Part shown: positions 18,543-28,195 of the stretch, in pieces
Layout: each line of letters starts with the position of its first letter
How positions within the stretch are numbered: position 1 is the stretch's first letter
Source of the DNA: Thermodesulfobacteriota bacterium
GTDB taxonomy: Bacteria > Desulfobacterota > Dissulfuribacteria > Dissulfuribacterales > QOAL01
DNA: 55,217 nucleotides
Assembly: GCA_013154175.1 (NCBI GenBank)
Contig: JAADCZ010000064.1
Location: forward strand, 1-55,217
Reading direction: 5' to 3'
Position numbers and translations under genes: made by a program
The notes under the pieces: model-generated
What the model was told of the DNA's origin: nothing
Database searches by the model: none
The model's input: the letters and a program-made list of their open reading frames with translations, nothing else

Positions 18543-19031
18543 ATGAAAAATCTAGTTGTCTACTCATCTAAAACTGGCAATACCAAGAAACTCGCTGAGG
18601 CCATCTATGACTATCTCCCAGGGGAAAAGGAAATTTATCCCATTGAGCAGGCACCGGATCCCAATGACTATACCTTTGTAGCCGTTGGTTTCAGGATAGA
18701 AAACGGAAAACCTGACAAGGCCGTGGAGGAATATTTGAAGAAGTTTATTGACGAGAAGGAACTGTTCCTTTTCGTAACCCATGCCTCCAAACCTGGATCT
18801 GAAGAGGTAAAGAAGGCCATAAACGAGGCCAAGGAACTGGCCAAACGTGCCAAGATCGTTGGTGTGTTTGAATGCCAGGGTGAGGTGCCTGAAGAGATCC
18901 TTGCCGAGGCACGCAAACAGGATCCAGTACCAGAATGGGTAAAGGATGCCGAGGCCGCCAAGGGGCATCCAAATGAAGAGGATATCGAAAGACTTATAAA
19001 ACTCCTGAACAGTCTCGATCTCCCTCTTTAA
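18543..19031 (+). CDS. Flavodoxin family protein
   Basis: YSSKTGNTKKLA P-loop; CQG; HP..ED; GGAGG RBS. Confidence 0.88.
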   Translation: MKNLVVYSSKTGNTKKLAEAIYDYLPGEKEIYPIEQAPDPNDYTFVAVGFRIENGKPDKAVEEYLKKFIDEKELFLFVTHASKPGSEEVKKAINEAKELAKRAKIVGVFECQGEVPEEILAEARKQDPVPEWVKDAEAAKGHPNEEDIERLIKLLNSLDLPL

Positions 19032-19040
19032 TACAAATCT

Positions 19041-19078
19041 AGTATGGCATACCCATGGAAGGGTGTGCCATACTTTAT
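19041..19078 (+). terminator. Hairpin terminator after flavodoxin
   Basis: AGTATGGCATACCC/GGGTGTGCCATACT 14-bp stem then TTAT. Confidence 0.65.
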
Positions 19079-19242
19079 ATTTGGTAATCTTACTGCTTCA
19101 ATCCACTCGCATCTCATTTTCTAGGCGACGGTTGCGGCCAGTGGCCCCAGGGCTTACCACAATTATTCCCATTATGTCTTGAGTCTGGCCTAAAAAGTTG
19201 TATATTCTTGCTCCGCTGAAATTTGAAATTGGAGCACCACCA

Positions 19243-20385
19243 TTGATTATAACGATAGATGGTCCATCTGGTGCTGGCAAAAGCACCATTGGACAGGAAG
19301 TTGCCCAAAAATTAGGTTACTTGTTTTTAGATACCGGGGCCATGTACAGGGCCTGCGCCCTTTACATGCTCGAAAATGGCATCCCATTGGAAGATGAAGC
19401 TGCAGTTGCAGCCGCCCTTCCTGATGTAGATATAGATTTTAAAAATGGACGAGTCCTCCTTAACGGTCGCGACGTTACGAATAAAATTCGGACACCTGAA
19501 ATTGATCAAGCCGCGTCTAAAATTTCTCAGTTGCAGCCTGTACGCGCCAAGATGACTGCCCTTCAGAGGAAGATTGCTGCGGGAGCTGACGCAGTTGCCG
19601 AAGGCCGTGATATGGGCACTGTCGTTTTTCCCAATGCAAACCTGAAAGTTTTCCTCACTGCATCCCCAGAGGAACGGGCAAGGCGTAGAAAAAAGCAGCT
19701 TGACAAGGAGGGTAACATAATTTCATATGATATTATATTGCACCAAATTAAAAAACGTGATAAAGCAGACTCAGATAGAGCTATTGCGCCGCTGAAGCCA
19801 GCTGAGGATTCGGTCACAATTGACTCCACGAATCTTTCTGCCGAAGAGGTAGTTGAAGAGATATTAAAATTAGCAAAAGTACAGGAGAAAAAGATGAATA
19901 AGAACAATGAGGCGACAGGTTTTTCGTTTAGTGTTGACAATTGTCTTGGGTTTATTGCAAATCGCCTTGTCAAGGCCTTTTTGAAGCTTCTCGATCATAA
20001 ACTTGAGGATTTCAATCTGACCGGTGCCCAGTTTTGCGTACTCACTAAACTCTTCGAAGAGGAAGGTCTTACACAAACCCAGCTTGCCCAAAGGCTTTAT
20101 ATTGAAAGCCCCACCCTTGTAAGAACCTTGGACAGACTCGAGGAAGCTGGCCTTATTGAAAGACGCAGGGTCCCTTCTGACAGAAGAGCATTCCACATTT
20201 TCCTGACCCAGGCAGGTCGTGACATGGAAGACATACTCATGCAAAAGGGCAAAGAAGTCCATGAAATTTCCATCAGGGGCATGAGTGAAAAAGAAATTGA
20301 AAAACTCAAAGACCTCTTGTTCCAGCTTTGGCAGAACCTAGAAAATGGGGCAAGGGAACTCAAAGAAGCTTCAAACAAAAAATAA
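19243..20385 (+). CDS. cmk: Cytidylate kinase continuing in frame into a MarR-family regulator (internal ATG 19894)
   Basis: IDGPSGAGKST, LDTGAMYR, EGRDMGT; then MarR wHTH (LDRLEEAGLIERR..DRR); TTG start after GGAG. Confidence 0.88.
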   Translation: MIITIDGPSGAGKSTIGQEVAQKLGYLFLDTGAMYRACALYMLENGIPLEDEAAVAAALPDVDIDFKNGRVLLNGRDVTNKIRTPEIDQAASKISQLQPVRAKMTALQRKIAAGADAVAEGRDMGTVVFPNANLKVFLTASPEERARRRKKQLDKEGNIISYDIILHQIKKRDKADSDRAIAPLKPAEDSVTIDSTNLSAEEVVEEILKLAKVQEKKMNKNNEATGFSFSVDNCLGFIANRLVKAFLKLLDHKLEDFNLTGAQFCVLTKLFEEEGLTQTQLAQRLYIESPTLVRTLDRLEEAGLIERRRVPSDRRAFHIFLTQAGRDMEDILMQKGKEVHEISIRGMSEKEIEKLKDLLFQLWQNLENGARELKEASNKK

Positions 20386-20760
20386 TTGACTTTCAAAACG
20401 TCTATTTTTTCCATCTTGTCTCTCTTTGTATTGTGTGCTTGTGCTCAGAAAGCAGTAGTTGTAACTGCAAATTCTGACAAACTCTGTGGCATGGATGGGT
20501 GTTTTGGGCTGCTTGGGGCTTCAGTTGAAACAGGAGGACCTTTAATCAAAAGGCTCTGTAGTACAGATATTACGAGCATTGTCTCCTTTGCCAACCTAGA
20601 GCCAGACAAGGAGAAAAGGCTTTTGGAGCTTATGTGTGGGCCGGAAGCTTCTGTTGAAAAGTTTAAGACCTTTTTCAAAACGCTTCCAGTTGGTCAAAGA
20701 AAACGCCTTATAAGAAGCTTTGAGACATTTGGCTATACCATTAATGATTATGGCTGCTAG
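20386..20760 (+). CDS. Hypothetical Cys-rich lipoprotein
   Basis: Hydrophobic N-terminus with LCAC lipobox; abuts upstream stop. Confidence 0.6.
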   Translation: MTFKTSIFSILSLFVLCACAQKAVVVTANSDKLCGMDGCFGLLGASVETGGPLIKRLCSTDITSIVSFANLEPDKEKRLLELMCGPEASVEKFKTFFKTLPVGQRKRLIRSFETFGYTINDYGC

Positions 20761-22907
20761 GCCTTGCTGCCAAACAACTTATTTAACACCTTGATCATAG
20801 CATTTGACTTGAATGGCTTGGAAAGAAGTGCATCTATGCCCTTCTCCTTAAGTTCCTCCTCCTTGAAAGAGGCCCCCCAGCCAGTCATCATGACTACACG
20901 GGTGTCTGGAGATATTTGACGGATTTTGGCGGCTATTTCCCAACCACTGACCTTTGGCATGCCAAGATCAGTGAGTACGAGGTCAAAAGGTTCCTTTTCT
21001 AAGAGAGAAAGTGCCTCATAAGGATCATTACAGCTAAACACCTTGTGCCCCATGCTTTCCAGCATCAACGCTGTAAGCTCTGCTATTTGGGGCTCGTCGT
21101 CAATGACGAGTATCTTTAGACCTTCCTCTTGAATGAACTTGCTCTCCTCCTTGGAGCTCGAAGAAACCTCTGAAGACTTTGCACAGGGCAAACTAATCTT
21201 TATTGTTGCCCCACAACCCTTTTCCGAGAAGGCCTCAACACTTCCACCCACGTTTGATACAAGGCCGTAAACAATGCTGAGGCCCAGACCCGAGCTTCCT
21301 GTATCCTTGGTGGAAAAGTATGGGTCGAATATGTGGGGCAAGATATCTGCATCTATACCAACACCCGTATCCCTGACCTCTACAATTATATTATCATCCT
21401 GCCGGTAGGCCTTTATAATGATTTTCCCACCATTGGGCATGGCCTCGATGGCATTGATTATAAGATTTACCAGGACTTCCCTTAGCTCAAAGGCTGAAAT
21501 ATTTGCCACCAGATCACGGGCAAGATCCGTCTCAACCGAGATATATATGCCCTTCTTTTCACATTCGTCCTTCCAAAGGGGCCTGGTGAATTGCACAGCC
21601 TCCTTTATGACATGGCCAACATCCACTGATTCTTCGGGCACGCTTCCCTTGCCAGATCTTCCCTTAACGAAGGTCTGGATTCTCTTTATGGTCTCTGCAC
21701 CATCGTTGACACACGCCTCAATCTTCTTCAGACGCTCTTCATATTTGGTCCCCTGGAGCTCCATCTGCAACAGCTCGACATTGCCAAGGATTGCCATGAG
21801 CATGTTGTTGAAATCGTGGGCAATACCCGCTGCCATTGAACCAAGGGCACGAAGCTTTTCTTCCCTTACCTTTTGTTGAGAGTCTTCGAGATGGTCTGAC
21901 AGGTCGTGAACAAAAACGATTCCACCCTTTTTCTCTCCGTTTTTCCCATTTACCGGATGATAAAAAAAGTCAGCCAAGACCGTGGTGCCGTCTGGCCTTA
22001 TCAGGCGTACCTTGGGAAGTTTCTTAAAGAGATTCTTCCTGATCAATGTGGAAAAATCTAGGAACACAGAGGCGTCCATGAAAAAACGCCCAAGTCCCAT
22101 CTCCTTGAGATGTGTCTCATCTGTTTGCAGAAGCTTACACAGGGAATCATTGGCATGGATGATGGTTCCGTCCTTGTCTAGCAGACATATTCCCTGGGGG
22201 GCATTCTCCATTGCCGCCCTGAAATAGTCAAAAGGGGCATCATCAAAGCCAGCACATTTTCTATTATCACTTTCCACAATGTTTTGTATGCACAGATGGC
22301 CTTCAGACAAAACATCGCTGCGTCTGTACCCCTGAATAATAAATCCTATAACCTGGGCTATGATTATGAGATTGCGTTTCAGACTATTTGTAAAATTGAT
22401 ACTTGCCGAGGAGCTGATGTTCAATATGCCACGGGAGGAAATGGGAAGACATGCAAGGGACCTTGGAACCTGCCTTGCGCTTTCTACAAGGGGAATCCTT
22501 ATGTGGGAACTATCATTGATGAACAAGGGCTGCTGAGAGTCAAAGACCTCCCAGGCAATGCTCTTGCCCTCTTTAAAAAAGAGGCCCTTGTTGTACTTTC
22601 TGTCAAATTTTTTGTCCTTGCCCTTTAACAGTTGACTTATTCCAGTGGCGGCTGCCAGTTCCAGAATTTCCTTTTCGGGCCTGTAGAGCAGAAGGGAGAC
22701 ATTCTCACAACCAGTCTCTTCCGCAACTATCCGCACAATCTCTTCGTAGAGCCCTTTTTCATCCTTTACCTTGGAGGGCACTTCCATGAGTCTCAGCACC
22801 GTCCCCAGGGCCTGCATATGAAGCAGCCTGTCCTGGTCCATATCCAGGACGGCCTGTCGAATCTCTTCTAGATTCAAATCTTTTGGAAGGTAACTCTGTT
22901 CTGACAT
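20757..22907 (-). CDS. Hybrid histidine kinase (GAF-PAS-HisKA-HATPase-REC)
   Basis: AHDFNN; NAIEAM; DTGVG; GLGL; C-terminal IDDE/TDLGMP receiver. Confidence 0.92.
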   Translation of the reverse strand: MSEQSYLPKDLNLEEIRQAVLDMDQDRLLHMQALGTVLRLMEVPSKVKDEKGLYEEIVRIVAEETGCENVSLLLYRPEKEILELAAATGISQLLKGKDKKFDRKYNKGLFFKEGKSIAWEVFDSQQPLFINDSSHIRIPLVESARQVPRSLACLPISSRGILNISSSASINFTNSLKRNLIIIAQVIGFIIQGYRRSDVLSEGHLCIQNIVESDNRKCAGFDDAPFDYFRAAMENAPQGICLLDKDGTIIHANDSLCKLLQTDETHLKEMGLGRFFMDASVFLDFSTLIRKNLFKKLPKVRLIRPDGTTVLADFFYHPVNGKNGEKKGGIVFVHDLSDHLEDSQQKVREEKLRALGSMAAGIAHDFNNMLMAILGNVELLQMELQGTKYEERLKKIEACVNDGAETIKRIQTFVKGRSGKGSVPEESVDVGHVIKEAVQFTRPLWKDECEKKGIYISVETDLARDLVANISAFELREVLVNLIINAIEAMPNGGKIIIKAYRQDDNIIVEVRDTGVGIDADILPHIFDPYFSTKDTGSSGLGLSIVYGLVSNVGGSVEAFSEKGCGATIKISLPCAKSSEVSSSSKEESKFIQEEGLKILVIDDEPQIAELTALMLESMGHKVFSCNDPYEALSLLEKEPFDLVLTDLGMPKVSGWEIAAKIRQISPDTRVVMMTGWGASFKEEELKEKGIDALLSKPFKSNAMIKVLNKLFGSKA

Positions 22908-22908
22908 A

Positions 22909-23793
22909 TCAGGTTTGCCCCACTATTACATCAGCCAAGACCTCGACTTCATCCAGTAACTTATTGGCATGCTCGTAGTAAGAATCGAGCATCTCCAGTT
23001 CCGTGCCGGCAAGAAGCAAAACCTTCGTATCTGGAAGCAAAGGCTCAGGGCTTCCCTGGGCATTTGACTCCACCATTTTGGCTATGTAGGCCGCAACATT
23101 AATGACTGCACACTCCCTTGAATATTTCTTGGACTTGATGGGCTCGTGGTGAAATGCCAAAATATCAGAAAGCTGGGGGGTCAGTGCCCATCTCTCTGCC
23201 AAGATACGTCCAATAATGGTGTGGGTAATGCCATGGGTCCGCTCAATCTCCCAGACTCCCACTCCCAGCTTTCTGGCCTTGACCTCTATAAGGTTGAAAT
23301 CCTCAGGAAATATCTCGGCCATGGCCATGCGCCCAAGGTCATGGAGAAGCCCCATGAGATACACCTCATCCACGTCCACAAAGGACTTATCCTTGCCAAT
23401 TTCCTTGGCGCAAAAGGATGTAAGGAGGTTATGAATCCAGAATCTTCTTAGATCGAAACCCTTTGCCAGAGAGCCCACCTTGAACTGGTTGGCGAGACAA
23501 ATGGCCAGGGAGAGGTTCCTGACCTCATTGACTCCAATGAGCATCACTGCCTTTTCAATGGAGTTGACCTTGCGCCTCAATCCAAAATAGGCGCTATTTG
23601 CCACCCGCAACAGCTGTGCGCAAAGGGAGGCGTCTGGCTCAACAATGGAACTTATATCTTCAAAGGTGCATTTTTTCTTGGTGATCGTGCGAAAAAGGCT
23701 CAAGACTATGCGGTTTGGTACTGGAAAGTACTTTAACTCATGAACCTTTCTGGCTAGATCATCATTGACATGGCACTGGTTTTCCATTTGCAT
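22909..23793 (-). CDS. HDOD domain protein
   Basis: LLRVANSAYFG, FWIH, GLLHDLGR, HHEP; start moved to ATG 23793. Confidence 0.9.
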   Translation of the reverse strand: MQMENQCHVNDDLARKVHELKYFPVPNRIVLSLFRTITKKKCTFEDISSIVEPDASLCAQLLRVANSAYFGLRRKVNSIEKAVMLIGVNEVRNLSLAICLANQFKVGSLAKGFDLRRFWIHNLLTSFCAKEIGKDKSFVDVDEVYLMGLLHDLGRMAMAEIFPEDFNLIEVKARKLGVGVWEIERTHGITHTIIGRILAERWALTPQLSDILAFHHEPIKSKKYSRECAVINVAAYIAKMVESNAQGSPEPLLPDTKVLLLAGTELEMLDSYYEHANKLLDEVEVLADVIVGQT

Positions 23794-23863
23794 CTTTTGA
23801 AACAATTTTTTTCTTTTTATCGGAAATAAACGGAGAAATATGAAGGAAAAAATTAAAGTTATT

Positions 23864-25573
23864 TCAGTGAATTTTGGCACTAGAGACCAAAAAAAGCGGG
23901 CGAAGCACAGGTGAGCCGTAGGTGGTTTCGTACGGGAAGGTAACACCCATTTTCAAAAGGCGTCTTCTCCTTTTTCTATCCAGAATAAAAAAGACTTTCT
24001 CCTGCCCCTGGCCTAGCAGACTTGCTGTCCTTTCTAGACTCATCCTGGTCACGACCCTGTCGAGATAGAACGTGCATTCCTCGTCCCAGAAACCGCCGTA
24101 ATAAAGGGGGGCCTCTCCAACCACCTGTTTCACATGGCGGCAAAAGGGTCTGGCATCCTTTCCTGCATAAATGGCAGGAAGTATCCATAAGAAGGCCCCA
24201 AGATACAGGGCGCCAAACAGGTGGGCCAGGGGGCTTAAAAGCCCCTGCACCTTTTGACTCCTTGAATTTCTCCTCACTAGAAAAAGGGTTGCAACAGAAA
24301 CAAGAAACAATACTACAAACACAAGGGCCTCGGACTTTAAAACTCCAAGGTAAAAAACCAGGGCTGGATCAGGATCTAGTATTCCAAATCCGCCAAGGAC
24401 CCTTTCAGGCTCCATCACCTGCAAGGCCAGGGAACCCGTGGCCACCAACAAAAAGAGCACCATGAAAAACCATATCAACCCCTGGACGAAGGCCTTGAGA
24501 TAGACCAGATTGCGCCTTTCCAAGAGAAAATCTGCTGTCAAAAAGGCGGCCAGGGGGTAAAGGGGCAGGATGTAGTCACTCCTTTTGGAAAGGGCCAAGG
24601 AAAAAAAGACAAAAACAGAAACAAAACCCACGAGGAATAAACGATTGACATCCGCCTCTTTTTTCCATGAGGAAAGTTTTTTAAAAAGCCAGAAAGGTGC
24701 AAGAAGGGACCAGGGGAAAAAACCTGTAAAAAAATAGACCAAATATCTAGTTGGCGGGGAGTGATTAAAGTCCTTGAAACCTCCACCTGGAATCAGGTTC
24801 GTAAATCTTGAAAGATTTTCCTCAAGGATGAATCTGTGAAAGAATCTGCCGTCCGTATGAACCGTTGCATATACGTACCAGGGCACGCACACCAGGAGAA
24901 AGAGGAGAAAATAGACAGAGCCAAAGACGTCTTTGATGCGCCCTGCCCTTCCAGTCGCCACAAGAAAGCTAGTGACTGTTAAAAAAATGAGCAGACCACC
25001 AAGGGGCCCCTTAATCAACACGGATACTCCTGTTGTCACGAAAAAGGGGGCAAGAAACCTTGGCTCAAGAAAGGATTTGCCCTCCTGCCCGCCATCTGGT
25101 GCAATGCCCATGCGGGCAGCCCTTATAAATAGGTAAAGGGCAAGAAACAACACGGCTGAAAAGAACATGTCCATCCTTGCTACCTGGGACATCCATGAAA
25201 CCTTGGGACACATGAGAAATATGAGGGACCATATAGAGAAAAAGACAGGCCCACGTCCAAGGTATGAACATATCTTCCAGAAAAGGGCCAAAAACAGGGC
25301 CACTGCCAAAAGGGATGGCAATCTGGCAGCAAGCTCCCAGTTGGGGCTTACATACCTAAAGGCAGCAATGGTCCAGTAGTAAAGCGGGGGTTTGTCCAGA
25401 TCTTCCTGGCCATTTAGGTTGTTGATCAAAAAGGCCTTGCCTTCAACATAGGCCTTGGCAATGAGGGCAGATTCCGCCTCCAGGGTCTCACAAAGGGACC
25501 TGTTAAGGGCCAGGTAGGATGCCCCAAGAAAAAAACATGCAAGAAAGAAGACTAAGGCTCGCCCTACATTCAT
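23864..25573 (-). CDS. ArnT/GT39 family membrane glycosyltransferase
   Basis: DKPPLYYW, ARMD, KGP, FFPWS, YILP motifs; multi-TM. Confidence 0.87.
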   Translation of the reverse strand: MNVGRALVFFLACFFLGASYLALNRSLCETLEAESALIAKAYVEGKAFLINNLNGQEDLDKPPLYYWTIAAFRYVSPNWELAARLPSLLAVALFLALFWKICSYLGRGPVFFSIWSLIFLMCPKVSWMSQVARMDMFFSAVLFLALYLFIRAARMGIAPDGGQEGKSFLEPRFLAPFFVTTGVSVLIKGPLGGLLIFLTVTSFLVATGRAGRIKDVFGSVYFLLFLLVCVPWYVYATVHTDGRFFHRFILEENLSRFTNLIPGGGFKDFNHSPPTRYLVYFFTGFFPWSLLAPFWLFKKLSSWKKEADVNRLFLVGFVSVFVFFSLALSKRSDYILPLYPLAAFLTADFLLERRNLVYLKAFVQGLIWFFMVLFLLVATGSLALQVMEPERVLGGFGILDPDPALVFYLGVLKSEALVFVVLFLVSVATLFLVRRNSRSQKVQGLLSPLAHLFGALYLGAFLWILPAIYAGKDARPFCRHVKQVVGEAPLYYGGFWDEECTFYLDRVVTRMSLERTASLLGQGQEKVFFILDRKRRRRLLKMGVTFPYETTYGSPVLRPLFLVSSAKIH

Positions 25574-26547
25574 GACGAGGCAACCAAGAATAGTCCTAGG
25601 GACACAATGTAAAAGATAAAGGCGCTCCCATAGAGGAGCCTTACTGCCTCAAATATGTCTCTTGGTTCAGGAGGCCTTCCCTGCCTGTTTATATAGGGCA
25701 TATCCTTTAGCGTGCCGTGATATACCACAGGGCCTCCGAGCCTTACGCCAAGAACGTATGCAAAGCCCGCCTCTGGAAAGCCAGAGTTGGGGCTTGTGCT
25801 CAACCTGGCATCCTGCAAGATTCCCCTAACAACTTGCCCAAAGGGCCTCTTTTTACATATCAAACCGGCAAGAGCCACACAGGGTACAGAAAGCCTTGCG
25901 GGCAAAAAATTTGCCAAATCATCGAGCCTTGCAGCAAACCTGCCAAAATCCCTGTAGCGCTCTGTCTTGTAGCCAATCATGGAATCAAGGGTGCTAACCA
26001 TCTTGAAGGTCATGCAAAGCCCAGCACCCCCAAGGGTTGCATAAAAAAAGGGCGAGCACACCCCATCAACTAGGTTCTCGGAAACTGTCTCTATGGCAGA
26101 CCTGGCAACTTCTGATTCATCCATGTCTTTGGTCTGCCTGCTAACGAGCATGGAAAGCCTTCTTCTTGCCAAATCGAGGTCACTGGAACAAAGGGCCTCG
26201 TAAACCTTCAACACCTCGTTTGCCAAACACCTAAGACAAAGCCCATAATAGATTAATAGTGCGGAAAGAAGCAGAAACAACCAGTAGGACAACCCTCTAA
26301 CCATGCTCAAAACAGATGTCACCACAAAAAATGTGAGACCAATAAGGGCAGTGCTCATCACCAGCCCTGCAATGAATTCATTTCTCAAATGGGCTCTGGC
26401 ACGCTTTTCACCCCATGAGATGGCTGCACCCATCATCCTGACTGGATGCAGCGGATTGTCCTTGTCCCCAAGGAGGAGATCCAACAAAATGGCCCCCACC
26501 AGGGCATAGCTCCCAAAGGGTTTCATGGCAAAGGGTTCAAACATCAA
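25570..26547 (-). CDS. cbiB: Adenosylcobinamide-phosphate synthase
   Basis: HPV, VSR.T, E.VSEN..DG, TLDSMIGY, SPNSG.PE. Confidence 0.92.
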   Translation of the reverse strand: MMFEPFAMKPFGSYALVGAILLDLLLGDKDNPLHPVRMMGAAISWGEKRARAHLRNEFIAGLVMSTALIGLTFFVVTSVLSMVRGLSYWLFLLLSALLIYYGLCLRCLANEVLKVYEALCSSDLDLARRRLSMLVSRQTKDMDESEVARSAIETVSENLVDGVCSPFFYATLGGAGLCMTFKMVSTLDSMIGYKTERYRDFGRFAARLDDLANFLPARLSVPCVALAGLICKKRPFGQVVRGILQDARLSTSPNSGFPEAGFAYVLGVRLGGPVVYHGTLKDMPYINRQGRPPEPRDIFEAVRLLYGSAFIFYIVSLGLFLVASS

Positions 26548-28048
26548 TGAGGCCCAGAAGTCTTTCTGTGTCGCAATTGGTCTCGAGCCAGTCTGCCAGT
26601 TTGTCGAAGTGGCTCAACCTGTATCTCTTGTAATTTAGGGTTGCTGGCAAGGGATCAAGCCTGCGTCTTTTTCGCACGAAATTAAGAAAGGAACGTCTAA
26701 AAAGGTCATTATCGAAGATACCGTGGATGTAGGTACCAAATATGCCCCGGTTACAATCAAAAAAACCTGTAAGCTCTCCCTCGTGCCCCTCCATCAGGCA
26801 CCCTTCTGCTCCTGCCGCACCCAGGAAGTGGCTCCTTCCCATGTGTATCTCATAACCTTCTATCTCCATGGGCTCGCTGTGGAGCGCGTTGCACGAAAAG
26901 CTCGTCCTGTACTGCCGAAGCACCTTGTCCTTGGCCATTTCTGTCTTGAGGGGAAGAAGACCAAATCCGTCGCACTTTCCAGGGGTTCCATCACTGCCAT
27001 AAGGGTCATCTATCTCTGCGCCAAGCATCTGAAAACCTCCACAGACCCCTGCGACCACACCCCCCTTTGAAACAAAATCCTCCAGGGCCCCTTGCCAACC
27101 GCGCTCCTTCAGAAATTTCAGATCAGACGTCGTGGCCTTTGTACCAGGAAGGATTATCAAATCGGCCCCTGAGGCAGCCTTGGGATCAGAGGAGAGAAAT
27201 ACCCTCACATCGGGTTCGAGGCCAAGGGGGGCAAAATCTGTGAAGTTGCTAATTCTTGGCACCTGCACAATGCAGACCCGCACATCGGCCTCGGCCTTTG
27301 AACCCTGTGATTCCACCTTTCTTACAAAGACACCATCTTCCTCATCCACGTGGATGTCGTGGAACCAAGGCAGCACCCCCAAAACAGGGATGGGAACAAT
27401 CTGGTAAAACATATCCAGCCCAGGCTCCAGGAGGCGGACATCCCCCCTGAATTTGTTTATCATAAATGCCTCAACGAGGTTGCGATACTCGTCTTGAATC
27501 AGGTCGTAGGTGCCTTTAAGGCTTGCGAATACCCCACCCTTGTCGATATCGGCAACAATTATCACAGGCGCACGGGCATAGTCTGCCATCTTCATGTTGA
27601 CAATGTCTGTTGATTGAAGGTTTATCTCTGCCGGGCTTCCTGCCCCCTCCAGGACGATCACGTCAAACTCGCTGCTAAGGCTGTCATAGGCCTCGGTGAC
27701 CACCTGCCAGTGGATGCGCGAACGTTTGTAATAATCCATTGCCCCAAGGTGTTCCCTGGGCTCTCCCATGAGAATGACCTGGCTCCTTGCATCTGCCGAT
27801 GGTTTAAGGAGCACGGGATTCATACGCACATCTGGCAGCAGGCCACACGCCTCTGCCTGAAAAACCTGCGCCCTTCCCATCTCCTTTCCATCAGCAGTCA
27901 CAAAGGAATTGAGGGCCATATTTTGGGCCTTGAAGGGAGCCACCCTTACCCCCCTGCGGCTTAGGAGTCTGCACATGGCCGCAGCAACTATGCTCTTTCC
28001 AACACCAGAGCCTGTGCCCTGGAACATTATGCTTCTTGCCCTAGACAT
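26537..28048 (-). CDS. cobQ: Cobyric acid synthase
   Basis: QGTGSGVGKS, PFKAQNM, EGAGSPAE, GVCGGFQMLG, GYEIH, GTYIHG. Confidence 0.95.
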   Translation of the reverse strand: MSRARSIMFQGTGSGVGKSIVAAAMCRLLSRRGVRVAPFKAQNMALNSFVTADGKEMGRAQVFQAEACGLLPDVRMNPVLLKPSADARSQVILMGEPREHLGAMDYYKRSRIHWQVVTEAYDSLSSEFDVIVLEGAGSPAEINLQSTDIVNMKMADYARAPVIIVADIDKGGVFASLKGTYDLIQDEYRNLVEAFMINKFRGDVRLLEPGLDMFYQIVPIPVLGVLPWFHDIHVDEEDGVFVRKVESQGSKAEADVRVCIVQVPRISNFTDFAPLGLEPDVRVFLSSDPKAASGADLIILPGTKATTSDLKFLKERGWQGALEDFVSKGGVVAGVCGGFQMLGAEIDDPYGSDGTPGKCDGFGLLPLKTEMAKDKVLRQYRTSFSCNALHSEPMEIEGYEIHMGRSHFLGAAGAEGCLMEGHEGELTGFFDCNRGIFGTYIHGIFDNDLFRRSFLNFVRKRRRLDPLPATLNYKRYRLSHFDKLADWLETNCDTERLLGLIDV

Positions 28049-28195
28049 AGGCAGAGAAATTAGAACAGTGGAGGGATTTAGGCAACAGGCCAAAAAGCAT
28101 TATCTGGCCCGTGGCCCATGTCTCAACCAGACGGGACCAACAGGGGGAATGGGGAAAAGGGTGTGGAATGCGCTTTCCCTGCCTGCTCCTCGGGA

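Noticed and set aside
19098-19230. GC-rich patch and short minus-strand ORFs between flavodoxin and cmk as an sRNA or small gene
   Set aside because: No convincing stem, RBS or family motif
28050-28195. Possible cobalamin riboswitch upstream of cobQ
   Set aside because: Only an AGGGAA is present; the B12-box and GCCACTG elements are missing
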